Part shown: positions 10,325-22,960 of the stretch, piece by piece
Position numbering within the stretch: the first letter of the stretch is position 1
Layout: each line of letters starts with the position of its first letter
From: Malacoraja senta
Taxonomy: Eukaryota
Direction of reading: 5' to 3'
Assembly: GCA_038087875.1 (NCBI GenBank)
Contig: JAXLNO010000136.1
Coordinates: 62,001 to 126,000, forward strand
Length of the DNA stretch: 64,000 bases
Notes under the pieces: model-generated
Told to the model about the DNA's origin: nothing
Databases searched by the model: none
Seen by the model: the letters and a program-made list of their open reading frames with translations, nothing else
Position numbers and translations under genes: made by a program

Positions 10325-12262
10325 GGCGCCATAAATCCGGCAAGGTCGCCACAAATCCGGCAAGGTCGCTATATTTCCGGCAAGGTCGCCACAAATCCGG
10401 CAAGGTCGCCATATTTCCGGCAAGGTCGCCATAAATTCGGCAAGGCCTCAAATCCGGCAAGGTCGCCACATTTACGGCGAGGTCGTCATAAATCCGGCAA
10501 GGTGGCCACAAATCCGGCAAGGTAGCCATATTTCCGGCGAGGTCGCCAGAAATCCGGCAAGGTGCCCTTAAATCCGGCAAGGTCGCCATATTTTCGGCGA
10601 GGACGCCAGAAATCCGGCAAGGTGGCCTCAAATCCGGCAAGGTCGCCACATTTTCGGCGAGGTCACCATAAATCCGGCAAGGTCGCCACAATTCCGGCAA
10701 GGTCGCCATAAATCCGACAAGGTCGCCATATTTCGGCAATATCGCCACAAATCCAGCAAGGTCGCCACAAATCCGGCAAGTTCTCCATATTTCCGGCACG
10801 GTCGCCATAAATCCGGCAAGGTCGCCATAAATCCAGCAGTCGCCATATTTCCGGCAAGGTCGCCATAAATGCGGCAAGGTCGCCACAAATCCGGCAAGGT
10901 CGCCATATATCCGCCAAGGACGCCATAAATCCTGCAAGGTCGCCACAAATCCGTCAAGGTTGCCATATTTCCGTCAAGGTCGCCATAAATCCGGCAAGGT
11001 CGCCACAAATCCGGCAAGGTCGCCATATTTCCAGCGAGGTCGCCATAAATCCGGCAAGGTGGCATCAAATCCGGCAAGGTCGCCATATTTCCGGCGAGGT
11101 CGCCATATTTCCGGCAAGGTCGCCATAAACCCGGCACGGTCGCCATATTTCCGGCAATATCGCCATAAATCCGGCAAGGTCGCCACAAATCCGGCAAGGT
11201 CTCCATAAATCCGTCAAGGTCGTCATATTTCCGGCAATATCGCCACAAATCCGGCAAGGTCGCCACAAATCGGGCAAGTTCTCATATTTCCGCAAAGGCG
11301 CCATAAATCCGGCAAGGTCGCCACAAATCCGGCAAGGTCGCTATATTTCCGGCAAGGTCGCCACAAATCCGGCAAGGTCGCCATATTTCCGGCAAGGTCG
11401 CCATAAATTCGGCAAGGCCTCAAATCCGGCAAGGTCGCCACATTTACGGCGAGGTCGTCATAAATCCGGCAAGGTGGCCACAAATCCGGCAAGGTAGCCA
11501 TATTTCCGGCAAGGTCGCCAGAAATCCGGCAAGGTGCCCTTAAATCCGGCAAGGTCGCCATATTTTCGGCGAGGACGCCAGAAATCCGGCAAGGTGGCCT
11601 CAAATCCGGCAAGGTCGCCACATTTTCGGCGAGGTCACCATAAATCCGGCAAGGTCGCCACAATTCCGGCAAGGTCGCCATAAATCCGACAAGGTCGCCA
11701 TATTTCCGGCAATATCGCCACAAATCCAGCAAGGTCGCCACAAATCCGGCAAGTTCTCCATATTTCCGGCACGGTCGCCATAAATCCGGCAAGGTCGCCA
11801 TAAATCCAGCAGTCGCCATATTTCCGGCAAGGTCGCCATAAATGCGGCAAGGTCGCCACAAATCCGGCAAGGTCGCCATATATCCGGCAAGGACGCCATA
11901 AATCCTGCAAGGTCGCCACAAATCCGTCAAGGTTGCCATATTTCCGTCAAGGTCGCCATAAATCCGGCAAGGTCGCCACAAATCCGGCAAGGTCGCCATA
12001 TTTCCAGCGAGGTCGCCATAAATCCGGCAAGGTGGCATCAAATCCGGCAAGGTCGCCATATTTCCGGCGAGGTCGCCATATTTCCGGCAAGGTCGCCATA
12101 AACCCGGCACGGTCGCCATATTTCCGGCAATATCGCCATAAATCCGGCAAGGTCGCCACAAATCCGGCAAGGTCTCCATAAATCCGTCAAGGTCGTCATA
12201 TTTCCGGCAATATCGCCACAAATCCGGCAAGGTCGCCACAAATCGGGCAAGTTCTCCATATT
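10325..12262 (-). repeat. About 973-bp tandem higher-order duplication
   Basis: Identical track ORFs at 10960/11933 and 10974/11947 (offset 973); shared rare variants ggtgcccttaa, gaggacgccaga, ggtggcatcaa. Confidence 0.88.
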
Positions 12263-12754
12263 TCCAGCAAAGTCGCCATAAATCCGGCAAGGTCGCCAGA
12301 AATCCGGCAGTCGCCATATTTCCGACAAGGTCGCCATAAATGCGGCAAGGTCGCCACAAATCCGACAAGGTCGCCATATATCCGGCAAGGACGCCATAAA
12401 TCCGGCAAGGTCGCCACAAATCCGTCAAGGTTGCCATATTTCCGGCAAGGTCGCCATAAATCCGGCAAGGTCGCTACAAATCCGGCAAGGTCGCCATATT
12501 TCCGGCATAGTCGTCATAAATGCAGCATGGTGGCAACAAATCCGACAAGGTAGCCATATTTCCGGCAAGATCGCCATAAATCCGGCATGGTGGCCACAAA
12601 TCAGGGAAGGTCGCCATATTTCCGGCGAGGTCGCCATAAATCCGGCAAGGTCGCCATATTTCCGGCGAGGTCGCCATAAATCCGGCAAGGTCGCCATAAA
12701 TCCGGGAAGATCGCCACTTTTCCGGCGAGGTCGTCATATTTCCGGCAAGGTCGC

Positions 12755-15700
12755 CATAAATCCGGCAATGTCGCCATATTTCCGGCACGGTCGCGATAAA
12801 TCCGGCAAGGTCGCCAGAAATCCGGCAAGGTCGCCATACTTCTGGCAAGGTCGCCATAAATCTGGCATGATCGCCACAAATCCGGCAAGGTGGCCGTATT
12901 TGTGGTGCGATCGCCATAAATCCGGCAAGGTCGCCACAAATCCGGCAAGGTCGCCATATTTCCGGCACGGTCGCCATAAATCCGGCAAGGTCGCCACAAT
13001 CCGGCAAGGTCGCCATATTTCCGGCAAGGTCGCCATAAATCCCGCAAGGTCGCCACGTCCGGCAAGATCGCCATATTTCCGGCAGTCGCCATAAATCCGG
13101 CAAGGTCGCCACAAATCGGGCAAGTTCTCCATATTTCCGGCAGGTCGCCATAAATCCGGCAAGGTCGCCATAAATCCGCAGTCGCCATATTTCCGGCAAG
13201 GTGGCCGTAAATGCGGCAAGGTCGCCACAAATCCGGCAAGGACGCCATATATCCGGCAAGGACACCATAAATCCGGAAAGGTCGCCACAAATCCGGCAAG
13301 GTCGCCATATATCCGGGAAGTTCGCCATACATCCGGCATGGTGGCCACAAATCAGGGAAGTTCACCATATTTCCGGAAAGGTCGCCATAAATCCGTCAAG
13401 GTCGCCATATTTCCGGCAATATCGCCATAAATCCGGCAAGGTCGCCACAAATCCGGCAAGGTCGCCATAAATCCGGCAAGGTCGCCATATTTCCGGCAAT
13501 ATCGCCACAAATCCGGCAAGGTCGCCACAAATCCGGCAAGTTCTCCATATTTCCGGCAAGATCGCCATAAATCCGGTAAGGTCGCCATAAATCCAGCAGT
13601 CGCCATATTTCCGGCAAGGTCGCCATAAATGCGGCAAGGTCGCCACAAATCCGGCAAGGTCGCCATATATCCGGCAAGGACGCCATAAATCCGGCAAGGT
13701 CGCCACAAATCCGTCAATGTTGCCATATTTCCGGCAAGGTCGCCATAAATCCGGCAAGGTCGCCATAAATCAGGCAAGGTCGCCATATTTCCGGCATTGT
13801 CGTCATAAATCCGGCAAGGTGGCCACAAATCCGACAATGTAGCCATATTTCCGGCAAGTTCGCCATAAATCCGGCATGGTGGCCACAAATCAGGGAAGGT
13901 CGCCATAGTTCCGGCGAGGTCGCCATAAATCCGGCAAGGAGGCCTCAAATCCGGCAAGGTCGCCACATTTACGGCGAGGTCGCCATAAATCCGGCAAGGT
14001 GGCATCAAAATCCGGCAAGGTCGCCATATTTCCGGCGAGGTCGCCATATTCCGGCAAGGTCGCCATAATCCCGACAAGGTCGCCATATTTCCGGCAATAT
14101 CGCCATAAATCCGGCAAGGTCGCCACAAATCCGGCAAGGTCGCCATAAATCCGTCAATGTCGCCATATTTCCGGCAATATCGCCACAAATCCGGCAAGGT
14201 CGCCACAAATCCGGCAAGTTCTCCATATTTCCGGCAAGGTCGCCATAAATCCGGCAAAGTCGTCAGAAATCCGGCAGTCGCCATATTTCCGGCAAGGTCG
14301 CCATAAATGCGGCAAGGTCGCCACAAATCCGGCAAGGTCGCCATATATCCGGCAAGGACGCCATAAATCCGGCAAGGTCGCCACAAATCCGTCAAGGTTG
14401 CCATATTTCAGGCAAGGTCGCCATAAATCCGGCAAGGTCGCCATATTACCGGCATGGCCGTCATAAATGCAGCAAGGTGGCCACAAATCCGACAAGGTAG
14501 CCATATTTCCGGCACGTTCGCCATAAATCCGGCATCGTGGCCACAAATCAGGGAAGGTCGCCACAGTTCCGTCGAGGTCGCCATAAATCCGGCAAGGAAG
14601 CCTCAAATCCGGCAAGGTCGCCACATTACGGCGAGGTCGCCATAAATCCGGCAAGGAGGCCTCAAATCCGGCAAGGTCACCACATTTACGGCGAGGTCGC
14701 CATAAACCCGGCAAGGTCGCCACAAATCCGGCAAGGTCGCCATAAATCCGTCAATGTCGCCATATTTCCGTCAATATCGCCACAAATCCGGCAAGGTCGC
14801 CACAAATCCAGCAAGTTCTCCATATTTCCGGCAAGTTCGCCATAAATCCGGCAATGTCGCCATATTTCCGGCACGGTCGCGATAAATCCGGCAAGGTCGC
14901 CAGAAATCCGGCAAGGTCGCCATACTTCTGGCAAGGTCGCCATAAATCTGGCATGATCGCCACAAATCCGGCAAGGTGGCCGTATTTGTGGTGCGATCGC
15001 CATAAATCCGGCAAGGTCGCCACAAATCCGGCAAGGTCGCCATATTTCCGGCACGGTCGCCATAAATCCGGCAAGGTCGCCACAAATCCGGCAAGGTCGC
15101 CATATTTCCGGCAAGGTCGCCATAAATCCCGCAAGGTCGCCACGTCCGGCAAGATCGCCATATTTCCGGCAGTCGCCATAAATCCGGCAAGGTCGCCACA
15201 AATCGGGCAAGTTCTCCATATTTCCGGCAAGGTCGCCATAAATCCCGGCAAGGTCGCCATAAATCCGGCAGTCGCCATATTTCCGGCAAGGTGGCCGTAA
15301 ATGCGGCAAGGTCGCCACAAATCCGGCAAGGACGCCATATATCCGGCAAGGACACCATAAATCCGGAAAGGTCGCCACAAATCCGGCAAGGTCGCCATAT
15401 ATCCGGGAAGTTCGCCATACATCCGGCATGGTGGCCACAAATCAGGGAAGTTCACCATATTTCCGGAAAGGTCGCCATAAATCCGTCAAGGTCGCCATAT
15501 TTCCGGCAATATCGCCATAAATCCGGCAAGGTCGCCATAAATCCGGCAAGGTCGCCATATTTCCGGCAATATCGCCACAAATCCGGCAAGGTCGCCACAA
15601 ATCCGGCAAGTTCTCCATATTTCCGGCAAGATCGCCATAAATCCGGTAAGGTCGCCATAAATCCAGCAGTCGCCATATTTCCGGCAAGGTCGCCATAAAT

Positions 15701-16925
15701 GCGGCAAGGTCGCCACAAATCCGGCAAGGTCGCCATATATCCGGCAAGGACGCCATAAATCCGGCAAGGTCGCCACAAATCCGTCAATGTTGCCATATTT
15801 CCGGCAAGGTCGCCATAAATCCGGCAAGGTCGCCATAAATCAGGCAAGGTCGCCATATTTCCGGCATTGTCGTCATAAATCCGGCAAGGTGGCCACAAAT
15901 CCGACAATGTAGCCATATTTCCGGCAAGTTCGCCATAAATCCGGCATGGTGGCCACAAATCAGGGAAGGTCGCCATAGTTCCGGCGAGGTCGCCATAAAT
16001 CCGGCAAGGAGGCCTCAAATCCGGCAAGGTCGCCACATTTACGGCGAGGTCGCCATAAATCCGGCAAGGTGGCATCAAATCCGGCAAGGTCGCCATATTT
16101 CCGGCGAGGTCGCCATATTTCCGGCAAGGTCGCCATAATCCCGACAAGGTCGCCATATTTCCGGCAATATCGCCATAAATCCGGCAAGGTCGCCACAAAT
16201 CCGGCAAGGTCGCCATAAATCCGTCAATGTCGCCATATTTCCGGCAATATCGCCACAAATCCGGCAAGGTCGCCACAAATCCGGCAAGTTCTCCATATTC
16301 CGGCAAGGTCGCCATAAATCCGGCAAAGTCGTCAGAAATCCGGCAGTCGCCATATTTCCGGCAAGGTCGCCATAAATGCGGCAAGGTCGCCACAAATCCG
16401 GCAAGGTCGCCATATATCCGGCAAGGACGCCATAAATCCGGCAAGGTCGCCACAAATCCGTCAAGGTTGCCATATTTCAGGCAAGGTCGCCATAAATCCG
16501 GCAAGGTCGCCATATTACCGGCATGGCCGTCATAAATGCAGCAAGGTGGCCACAAATCCGACAAGGTAGCCATATTTCCGGCAAGTTCGCCATAAATCCG
16601 GCATCGTGGCCACAAATCAGGGAAGGTCGCCACAGTTCCGTCGAGGTCGCCATAAAATCCGGCAAGGAAGCCTCAAATCCGGCAAGGTCGCCACATTTAC
16701 GGCGAGGTCGCCATAAATCCGGCAAGGAGGCCTCAAATCCGGCAAGGTCACCACATTTACGGCGAGGTCGCCATAAACCCGGCAAGGTCGCCACAAATCC
16801 GGCAAGGTCGCCATAAATCCGTCAATGTCGCCATATTTCCGTCAATATCGCCACAAATCCGGCAAGGTCGCCACAAATCCAGCAAGTTCTCCATATTTCC
16901 GGCAAGTTCGCCATAAATCCGGCAA
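12755..16925 (-). repeat. About 2.07-kb tandem higher-order duplication
   Basis: Offsets 2086 (12768/14854), 2070 (13714/15784) and 2069 (14454/16523); shared rare variants tgtggtgcgatcg, ggacaccata, ggcattgtcgtcat. Confidence 0.88.
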
Positions 16926-19540
16926 GGTCGTCAGAAATCCGGCAGTCGCCATATTTCCGCAAGGTCGCATTAAATGCGGCAAGGTCGCCACAAATCCGGC
17001 AAGGTCGCCCTATATCCGGCAAGGACGCCATAAATCCGGCAAGGTCGCCACAAATCCGTCAAGGTTGCCATATTTCCGGCAAGGTCGCCATAAATCCGGC
17101 AAGGACGCCACAAATCCGGCAAGGTCGCCATATTTCCGGCATGGCCGTCATAAATGCAGCAAGGTGGCCACAAATCCTACAAGGTAGCCATATATCCGGC
17201 AAGTTCGCCATAAATCCGGCATGGTGGCCACAAATCAGGGAAGGTCGCCATAGTTCCGGCGAGACCGCTATAAATCCGGTAAGGAGGCCTCAAATCCGGC
17301 AAGGTCGCCACATTTACGGCGAGGTCGCCATAAATCCGGCAAGGAGGCCTCAAATCCGGCAAGGTCACCACATTTACGGCGAGGTCGCCATAAATCCGGC
17401 AAGGTCGCCATAAACCCGGCAATGTCGCCACATTTCCGGCGAGGTCGCCATAAATCCTGCAAGGTCGCCACAAATCCGGCAAGGTCGTTATAAAATCCGG
17501 CGAGGTCGCCATATATCCGGCAAGGTCGCCGCAAATCCGGCAAGGTCGCCATATTTCCGGCAATGTGGCCACAAATCCGGCAAGGTCGCCATAAATCCGG
17601 CGAGGTCGCCATATTTCCGGCAATGTCGCTATAAATCCGGCAAGGTCGCCATAAATCCGGCAAGGTCGCCATATTTCCGGCGAGGGCGCCATAAATCCGG
17701 CAAGGTCGCCATAAACCCGGCAAGGTCGCCACATCTCCGGCGAGGCCGCCATGAATCCGGCAAGGTCGCCACAAATCCGGCAAGGTCGTTATAAATCCGG
17801 CGAGGCCGCCATATATCCGGCAAGGTCGCCGCAAATCCGGCAAGGTCGCCATATTTCCGGCGAGGTCGCCATAAATCTGGCAAGGCCTCAAATCCGGCAA
17901 GGTCGCCACATTTACGGCGAGGTCGCCATAAATCCGGCAAGCAGGCCTCAAATCCGGCAAGGTCGCCACATTTACGGCGAGGTCGCCATAAATCCGGCAA
18001 GGTCGCCATAAACACGGCAAGGTCGCCACATTTCCGGCGTGGTCGCCATAAATCCGGCAAGGTCGCCACAAATCCGGCAAGGTAGCTATAATTCCGGCGA
18101 GGTCGCCATATATCCGGCAAGGTCGCCGCAAATCCGGCAAGGTCGCCATAATTTCCGCAAGGTGTCCACAAATCCGGCAAGGTCGCCCTAAACCCGGCGG
18201 GGTCGCCATATTTCCGGCAATGTCGCCATAAATCCGGCAAGGTCGCCATAAATCTGGCAAGGTCGCCATATTTCCGGCAAGGTCGCCATAAACCGGCAAG
18301 GTCGCCATAAACCCGGCAAGGTCGCCATAAACCCGGCAAGGTCGCCATATTTCCGGCTATATCGCCATAAATCCGGCAAGGTCGCCACAAATCCGGCAAG
18401 GTCGCCATAAATCCGTCAATGTAGCCATATTTCCGGCAATATCGCCACAAATCTGGCAAAGTCGCCACAAATCCGGCAAGGGCGCCATATTTCCGGCATG
18501 GCCGTCATAAATGCAGCAAGGTGGCCACAAATCCGACAAGGTCACCACGTTTCTGGAAAGGTCGCCAACAAATCTGGCAAAGTCGCCACAAATCCGAAAA
18601 GGTCGCCATATTTCCGGCAAGGTCGCCATATTTCCGGCACGGTCGCCATATTTCCGGCAAAGTCGCCATAAATCCGGCAATGGCGCCATAGTTCCGGCAC
18701 GGTCGCGATAAATCGGGCAAGGTCGCCACAAATCCGGCAAGGACTCCATATTTCCGGCAAGGTCGCCATAAATCTGGCATGATCGCCACAAATCCGGCAA
18801 GGTGGCCGTACTTGTGGCGCGATCGCCATAAATCCGGCAAGGTCGCAACAAATCCGGCAAGGTCGCCATATTTCCGGCACGGTCGCTATAAATCCGGCAA
18901 GGTCGCCACAAATCCGGCAAGGTCGCCATATTTCTGGCAAGGTCGCCATACATCCCGCAAGGTCGCCACAATCCGGCAAGGTCGCCATATTTCCGGCAAA
19001 GTCGCCATAAATCCGGCAAGGTCGCCACAAATCCGACAAGGTCGCCATATTTCCGGCGTTCGCCATAAATCCGGCATGGTGGCCACAAATCAGGGAAGTT
19101 CGCCACATTTCCGGCAAGGTCGCCATAAATCCGGCAAGGTCGCCATATTTCCGGCAATATCGCCACAAATCCGGCAAGGTCGCCGCAAATCCGACAAGGT
19201 AGCCATATTTCCGGCAAGGTCGGTATAAATCCGGCAAGTTCGCCACAAATCCGGCAAGGTCGCCATATTTCCGGCAAGGTCGCATGAATCCGGCAAGGTC
19301 GCCACAAATCCGGCAAGGTAGCCATATTTCCGGCAAGGTCGCCATAAATCCGGCAAGGTCGCCACAAATCCGGCAAGGTCGCCATATTTCCGGCAAGGTC
19401 GCCACAAATCCGGCAAGATCGCCATAAATCCGGCAAGGTCGCCACAAATCCGGCAAGGACGCCATATTTCCGGCACGGTCGCCATAAATCCGCAAGGTCG
19501 CCACAAATCAAGCAAGGTCGCCATATTTTCCGGCAAGGTC

Positions 19541-21060
19541 GCCATAAATCCGGCACGGCCGCCACAAATCCGGCAAGGTCACCACATTTCTGGCAAGGTC
19601 GCAACAAATCTGGCAAAGTCGCCACAAATCCGAAAACGTCGCCATATTTCCGGCAAGGTCGCCATAAATCCCGCAAGCTCGCCACAAATCCGGCAAGGTC
19701 GCCATATTTTCGGCAAGGTCGCCATGAATCCGGCAACGTCGCCACAAATCCGGCAAGGTAGCCATATTTCCGGCAAGGTCGCCATAAATCCGGCAAGGTG
19801 GCACAAATCCGGCAATGTCGCCATATTTCCGGGAAGGTCGGCACAAATTCCGGCAAGGTCGCCATATTTCCGTCAACGTCGCCATAAATCCGTCAAGGTC
19901 GCCAAAAATCCGGCAAGGTAGCCACAAATCAGGGGTCGCCATATTTCCGGCGAGGTCGCCATAAATCCAGCAAGGTGCCCTGAAATCCGGCAAGGTCGCC
20001 ATATTTTCGGCGAGGTCGCCAGAAATCCGGCAAGGTGGCCTCAAATCCGGCAAGGTCGCCACTTTTCCGGCGAGGTCGCCATAAACCCGGCAAGGTCGCC
20101 CTATTTCCGGCACGGTCGCCATATTTCCGGCAAAGTCGCCATAAATCCGGCAATGGCGCCATATTTCAGGCACGGTCGCGATGAATCGGGCAAGGTCGCC
20201 ACAAATCCGGCAAGGTCGCCATATTTCCGGCAAGGTCGCCATAAATCTGGCATGGTCGCAACAAATCCGGCAAGGTGGCCGTATTTGTGGCGCGATCGCC
20301 ATAAATCCGGCACGGCCGCCACAAATCCGGCAAGGTCACCACATTTCTGGCAAGGTCGCAACAAATCTGGCAAAGTCGCCACAAATCCGAAAACGTCGCC
20401 ATATTTCCGGCAAGGTCGCCATAAATCCCGCAAGCTCGCCACAAATCCGGCAAGGTCGCCATATTTCCGGCAAGGTCGCCATGAATCCGGCAACGTCGCC
20501 ACAAATCCGGCAAGGTAGCCATATTTCCGGCAAGGTCACCATAAATCCGGCAAGGTCGGCACAAATCCGGCAATGTCGCCATATTTCCGTGAAGGTCGGC
20601 ACAAATCCGGCAAGGTCGCCATATTTCCGTCAACGTCGCCATAAATCCGTCAAGGTCGCCAAAAATCCGGCAAGGTAGCCACAAATCAGAGGTCGCCATA
20701 TTTCCGGCGAGGTCGCCATAAATCCAGCAAGGTGCCCTGAAATCCGGCAAGGTCGCCATATTTTCGGCGAGGTCGCCAGAAATCCGGCAAGGTGGCCTCA
20801 AATCCGGCAAGGTCGCCACTTTTCCGGCGAGGTCGCCATAAACCCGGCAAGGTCGCCCTATTTCCGGCACGGTCGCCATATTTCCGGCAAAGTCGCCATA
20901 AATCCGGCAATGGCGCCATATTTCAGGCACGGTCGCGATGAATCGGGCAAGGTCGCCACAAATCCGGCAAGGTCGCCATATTTCCGGCAAGGTCGCCATA
21001 AATCTGGCATGGTCGCAACAAATCCGGCAAGGTGGCCGTATTTGTGGCGCGATCGCCATA
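19541..21060 (-). repeat. 757-bp tandem higher-order duplication
   Basis: ccgaaaacgtcgcc, cgcaagctcgcc, ggtgccctgaa and gcgatgaatcggg each recur at an offset of about 757 (track ORFs 19929/20686). Confidence 0.88.
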
Positions 21061-22129
21061 AATCCGGCAAGGTCGCCACAAATCCGGCAAGGTCGCCATA
21101 TTTCCGGCAAGGTCGCCATAAATCCGGCAAGGTCGCAACAAATCCGGCAAGGTCGCCATATTTCCGGCAAGGTCGCCATACATCCCGCAAGGTCGCCACA
21201 AATCCGGCAAGGTCGCCATATTTCCGGCAAAGTCGCCATAAATCCGGCAAGGTCGCCACAAATCCAGCATGGTCGCCATAAATCCGGCAAGGTCGCCATA
21301 TTTCCGGCAATATCGCCACAAATCCGGCAAGGTCGCCGCAAATCCGATAAGGTAGCCATATTTCCGGCAAGGTCGCATGAATCCGGCAAGGTCGCCACAA
21401 ATCCGGCAAGGTAGCCATATTTCCCGCAAGGTCGCCATAAATCCGGCAAGTTCGCCACACATCCGGCAATGTCGCCATATTTCCGGCAAGGTCGCCACAA
21501 ATCCGGCAAGATCGCCACAAATCCGGCAAGGTCGCCATATTTCCGGCAAGGTCGCCATGAATCCGGCACGGTCGCTACAAATCCGGCAAGGTAGCCATAT
21601 TTCCGGCAAGGTCGCCATAAATCCGGCAAGGTCGGCACAAATCCGGCAATGTCGCCATATTTCCGGGAAGGACGCCACAAATCCGACAAGGTGGCCATAT
21701 TTCCGGCAATGTCACCATAAATCCGGCAAGGTCGCCACAAATACGGCAAGATGGCGTCAAATCCGGCAAGGTCGCCACATTTCAATCAAGGTAGCAAAAA
21801 ATTCGGCAAGGTCGCGTCAAATCCGGCAAGGTCGCCGCATTTCCGGCAACGTCGCCATAAATCCGGCAAGGTGGTCACAAACCCGACAAGGTCGCCATAA
21901 ATCCGGCAAGGTCGACACATTTCCGGCAAGGACGCCATAAATCCGGCAACGTCGGCAGAAATCCGGCAAGGTCGCCACATTCCCGGCAAGCTCGCCATAT
22001 TTCCTGCAAGGTCGCCATAAATCCGGCAATGTCGCCACAAATGCGGCAAGGTCGCCATAAATACGGCAAGGTCGCCACAAATCGGCAAGGTCGCCATAAA
22101 TCCGTCAAGGGCTTCACAAATCCGGCAGT

Positions 22130-22960
22130 CGCCTATTTCCGGCAAGGTCGCCATAAATCCGGTAAGGCCGCCACAAATCCGGCAAGATCGCCACATTTCA
22201 TGCAAGGTAGCAATAAATCTGGCAAGGTCGACACACATCCGACAAGGTCGCCATATTTCCGGCAAGGTCGCCATAAATCCGGCAAGGTCGCCATAAATCC
22301 GGCAAGGTCGCCATAAATCCGGCAAGGTCGCCACAAATCCGACAAGGTCGCCATATTTTCGCCACGGTCGCCATAAATGCGGCAAGGTCACCATATTTCC
22401 GGCATGGTCGTCATAAATCCGGCAAGGTGGCCACAAATCCGACAAGGTAGCCATATTTCCGGCAAGTTTGCCATAAATCCGGCATGGTGGCCACAAATCA
22501 GGGAAGGTCGCCATATTTCCGGCGAGGTCGCCACAAATGCGGCAAGGTCGCCACAAATCCGGCAAGGTCGCCATATTTCCGGCAAGGTCGCCATAAATCT
22601 GTCAAGGTCGCCACAATTCCGGCAGAGTCGCCTATTTCCGGCAAGGTCGCCATAAATCTGGTAAGGCCGCCACAAATCCGGCAAGATCGCCACATTTCAT
22701 GCAAGGTAGCAATAAATCTGGCAAGGTCGACACACATCCGACAAGGTCGCCATATTTCCGGCAAGGTCGCCATAAATCCGGCAAGGTCGCCATAAATCCG
22801 GCAAGGTCGCCATAAATCCGGCAAGGTCGCCACAAATCCGACAAGGTCGCCATATTTTCGCCACGGTCGCCATAAATGCGGCAAGGTCACCATATTTCCG
22901 GCATGGTCGTCATAAATCCGGCAAGGTGGCCACAAATCCGACAAGGTAGCCATATTTCCG
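22130..22960 (-). repeat. About 330-bp segment repeated at 499-bp spacing
   Basis: Identical track ORFs 22133/22632; shared catttcatgcaaggtagcaataaa and gacacacatccgac. Confidence 0.8.
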